This document shows, in pieces, positions 62,284 to 64,000 of a DNA stretch of 64,000 bases (position 1 is the stretch's first letter; every line of letters starts with the position of its first letter). The notes under the pieces are model-generated. The model ran no database searches, had not been told where the DNA came from, and was given only the letters and a program-made list of their open reading frames with translations. The DNA comes from Scyliorhinus canicula (taxonomy: Eukaryota). The stretch covers positions 62,001-126,000 of the forward strand of contig NW_024055909.1 of the NCBI RefSeq assembly GCF_902713615.1, read 5' to 3'. Position numbers and translations under genes: made by a program.

Positions 62284-62935
62284 AAATACCAGGCACTAGC
62301 GTCTCGTCGGGATATCAATTGGAATGTAGTTTTTCAATGGATGCATCCTCCGAAAAACGTACAGGCACTCCAACCATAACCATCAGAATATTCTTCGGTT
62401 GTAATCGTGCCTCATTCTTTCGAAAGAAAAGGCACTGGCAAAAAAACGCATTTTCTGTGTGAAGAATGTTCAGGAAAAACAGTTTTGGTGTTAGGAACTA
62501 ACAACGATTGTTAAAAGTCACTAACTTAATAAAATGGGAATTGGACATTAAAGTAGAGAAAATGCAATAGATTGTCGAAGATATAACAGAAGTAATAAAG
62601 AAATGGACGTGCTGAATTAATAAACTATCTAATTATACTTACTCGGTAACATCCTTGTAGATACCACAGATCACATCTGGATTGAAGACTATGGAGATGA
62701 TAACAGCAACATCTGGACAACTGCTTCCACATTCATCACCCTGTTCTTCTTCAGCATGTCCTACAGCGCTGCGATCACTTTAATGAAGGTGAGATGATTC
62801 AATCCACTTATAGTTAAGTCCAACAGAAGCTGTTCAAAAATATCCCAATGTTTCATTCATTCCAAACGCTAAAATTAATTTCGCAGATCACAGACGTCTG
62901 TTTCATTATTTTATCCTCTTTTACAGATCAAGTGA
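30976..62935 (+). CDS. IGHM: Complete IgM heavy-chain gene with pre-joined VDJ: join(30976-31021, 31150-31521, 49451-49750, 51320-51631, 54271-54576, 55064-55458) secreted; CH4 cut at 55396 plus 62661-62788 and 62927-62935 for membrane form
   Basis: All exons are open and bounded by GT/AG. Junctions are phase 1 (TM1/TM2 phase 0), checked by hand. Confidence 0.9.
31150..31521 (+). CDS. IGHV: Joined VH-D-JH exon
   Basis: [27 protein letters not shown]...[13 protein letters not shown]...[32 protein letters not shown]|gtaaga. Shark VH FR1-3 runs directly into WGQG FR4 with no RSS. Confidence 0.95.
31687..32052 (-). mobile_element. V-SINE just 3' of JH
   Basis: Full-length copy with an internal 12-nt duplication (gacagtgaccca x2). 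Confidence 0.85.
35917..36109 (+). mobile_element. Second SINE family copy
   Basis: Same as 30463-30627; ends in cattttcatttcatttt. Confidence 0.8.
36240..36690 (-). mobile_element. L2/CR1-like LINE 3' fragment
   Basis: Homologous to 11340-11720(+). Confidence 0.65.
37870..39030. repeat. CA/CT-rich low-complexity tract
   Basis: Degenerate (cacacact/ctctct)n; gives His/Thr/Leu-rich spurious ORFs. Confidence 0.9.
41146..42335 (+). mobile_element. Harbinger/PIF transposase (HARBI1/DDE_Tnp_4-like) pseudogene
   Basis: Across frames: RPHVY...ECSRRLRLS...IC; [15 protein letters not shown]...[11 protein letters not shown]; [23 protein letters not shown]; [10 protein letters not shown]; VVACCIFQN. 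These are PIF/Harbinger DDE motifs with frameshifts and stops. Confidence 0.82.
43014..43354 (+). mobile_element. V-SINE inserted within the Harbinger relic
   Basis: Full-length copy between the transposase and Myb/SANT ORFs. Confidence 0.85.
44146..44380 (-). mobile_element. Harbinger Myb/SANT-like ORF exon, pseudogenised
   Basis: [30 protein letters not shown]...VRQA...[18 protein letters not shown]|gtgagt. Myb/SANT-like motif (F...E...LL...CRKK..DL), convergent to the transposase. Confidence 0.75.
44507..45432. repeat. ~120-bp inverted repeat pair (44507-44625 / 45312-45432)
   Basis: cgctagtgctggccc(c/t)tcaacggccgctgaat(a/c)atagatca...aatttacagtg...gcaccctacttaag appears on opposite strands. 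Confidence 0.85.
46373..46638. repeat. Palindromic element, same family as 5384-5565
   Basis: aagaagtcttaca...tccaacaggtttgtttcgaatc...ttcctcaagtga / tcacttgaggaa...gattcgaaacaaacctgttgaac...tgtaagacttct; a further partial arm at 46240-46365. Confidence 0.85.
47480..48030 (+). mobile_element. CR1-type LINE 3' fragment, decayed
   Basis: gggacctcggtgttcttgt...gcagcggaggttcacgaggctgataccgg...ggctagatgcagggg. Confidence 0.7.
48291..48632 (-). mobile_element. V-SINE, young subfamily
   Basis: Nearly identical to 15236-15577, including the tail catagaacatagaacaatacagcacagaacaggcccttcggccctcgatgttgtgccgagc. Confidence 0.85.
49451..49750 (+). CDS. IGHM: Cmu1 exon
   Basis: ttcgcag|...[45 protein letters not shown]...YPSVLNKK...[17 protein letters not shown]|gttagt. 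Confidence 0.93.
49790..50770. repeat. Degenerate ~40-bp minisatellite interrupted by a SINE (~50238-50520)
   Basis: Recurrent cacatcacacttaatgt...tgtgcgtac/tgtacatt...tagtc(c/t)ccac units. Confidence 0.6.
51320..51631 (+). CDS. IGHM: Cmu2 exon
   Basis: ttgaag|[12 protein letters not shown]...[23 protein letters not shown]...[20 protein letters not shown]|gtaaga. Confidence 0.93.
52294..52634 (+). mobile_element. V-SINE, young subfamily
   Basis: Same tail as 15236 and 48291. Confidence 0.85.
54271..54576 (+). CDS. IGHM: Cmu3 exon
   Basis: cccag|[43 protein letters not shown]...[21 protein letters not shown]|gtgagt. Confidence 0.93.
55064..55458 (+). CDS. IGHM: Cmu4 exon plus secretory tailpiece
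   Basis: [14 protein letters not shown]...[17 protein letters not shown]...[43 protein letters not shown]. Tailpiece has an NIS glycosylation site and penultimate Cys; internal TM donor G|gtaaac at 55396/55397. Confidence 0.95.
55495..55500 (+). terminator. PolyA signal, secreted mu
   Basis: AATAAA 37 nt after the stop codon. Confidence 0.8.
56020..59560. repeat. Long AC-rich low-complexity tract with embedded SINEs (56423-56605, 58705-59050)
   Basis: Degenerate (aca/cac/gac)n; source of the His/Thr-rich and Cys/Val-rich ORF noise. Confidence 0.9.
59845..61920 (-). mobile_element. CR1-type LINE, long 3' fragment
   Basis: [15 protein letters not shown]...[12 protein letters not shown]; [20 protein letters not shown]...LVDDTKV; [10 protein letters not shown]. 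Confidence 0.9.
62661..62788 (+). CDS. IGHM: IgM TM1 exon
   Basis: ttgtag|[43 protein letters not shown]|gtgaga; IgM-type WTTASTF...S..YS transmembrane motif. Confidence 0.93.
62927..62935 (+). CDS. IGHM: IgM TM2 exon
   Basis: tttacag|ATC AAG TGA, giving cytoplasmic tail KIK; AATAAA at 63196-63201. Confidence 0.85.
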   Translation: MK

Positions 62936-63506
62936 TGCACTGAATTGCGAATTGCAGACGCCGTAGATTTTCTTGACTTGTTTATTATGATTTCCGCATT
63001 CCGAACTATAAATTTGCACTCTTGATCATTCAAAAATTGAAATCTTTCAGTTTAATATTCCAAACTATAACTAGGCCATCATGGACAGCATTCCCGTTTT
63101 TCGATTTGTAATGTGAAGACGTTCATACTTAATGTGTACCAGGCAGCAAACAGAATACAGAAGCTCAATATAAATTGAAGGGAACAATATTGAATAATAA
63201 ATTAGAAAAATTACTTATTTTTACTTTGATTGCAATCTACTGGAAAATTCGAAGCTATAATTACATTGCCGGCACACTGTTGAGTGTGTTAATGTCTCTG
63301 CTTCTGGCAGCTCAGCACGCATAAACTCTGTTTTCATTGTGGCGCTCAATCATTATATTCACGATTGTTAACTTTAAAATAAGCGTTTCTGCAAACTGTG
63401 CACTCAAATTATTAATTAATCTTAAATGAAAATGAACTATGACTTTGATCAATTGCTTTTTCGAAGATCCATTAACCACGTTGCGTTTTATCCATTAAAA
63501 ATCCAC

Positions 63507-64000
63507 GTCACCCAGGGATCGTCTCTCCCTGCTCCATTCCCTCTGATACCATTGCCCTGAACTCACTGAACCCCAAGGATCCTCCCTCCTTGCTCGATTT
63601 CCTCTGATACCATCCCCCTGAACTCACTGAACATCACCCCAGGGTTCCTCTCTCCCGGCTCCATTCCCTCTTATACCATTGCCCTGAACTCACTGAACAC
63701 CATCCCAGGGATCCGCTCTCTTTGCTCGATTTCCTCTGATACCATCCCCCTGAACTCACTGAACATCACCCCAGGGAACCTCTCTCCCTGCTCCGTTCCC
63801 TCTGATACCATCCCCCTTAACTCATTGAACATCACTCCACGGATCCTCTCTCCCTGCTCCATTCCCTCTGATAACATCCCCCTTAACTCATTGAACATCA
63901 CTCCACGGATCCTCTCTCCCTGCTCCATTCCCTCTGATACCATCCCCTTTAACTCACTGAACATCACCCCAGGGATCCTCGCTTCCTGCTCCATTTCCTC
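63507..64000. repeat. 66-bp tandem minisatellite running off the window
   Basis: Unit ggatcctctctccctgctccattccctctgataccatccccctkaactcactgaacatcacyccas; period 66 (ggatcc at 63841 and 63907). Confidence 0.92.

Overview
Repeat-rich eukaryotic genomic DNA from a cartilaginous fish (shark-type IgM, V-SINEs and CR1 LINEs) holding two antigen-receptor systems side by side. 1-13 kb: T-cell-receptor alpha/delta-type V segments in both orientations. Two look functional with 23-bp-spacer RSS (6982-7493 +; 12609-13082 -), one has an open frame but lacks conserved Trp and the second Cys (1274-1807 +), two are pseudogenes, and a leader exon at 46-79 (-) runs off the window. 14-30 kb: spacer with C2H2 zinc-finger pseudogene fragments and LINE/SINE debris. 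31-63 kb: a complete, apparently intact IgM heavy-chain cluster whose V, D and J are already fused in frame with no RSS left (candidate germline-joined VDJ). It has an ~18-kb J-C intron carrying a decayed Harbinger transposon, four Cmu exons, a secretory tail and TM1/TM2 exons. Main points: a pre-joined IgM gene ~18 kb from TCR V segments, CTCF-like motifs just 3' of the RSS in one TCR V family, and an apparently unusual cysteine pattern in Cmu2/Cmu3. Family names come from motif recognition, not database searches; repeat boundaries are approximate.
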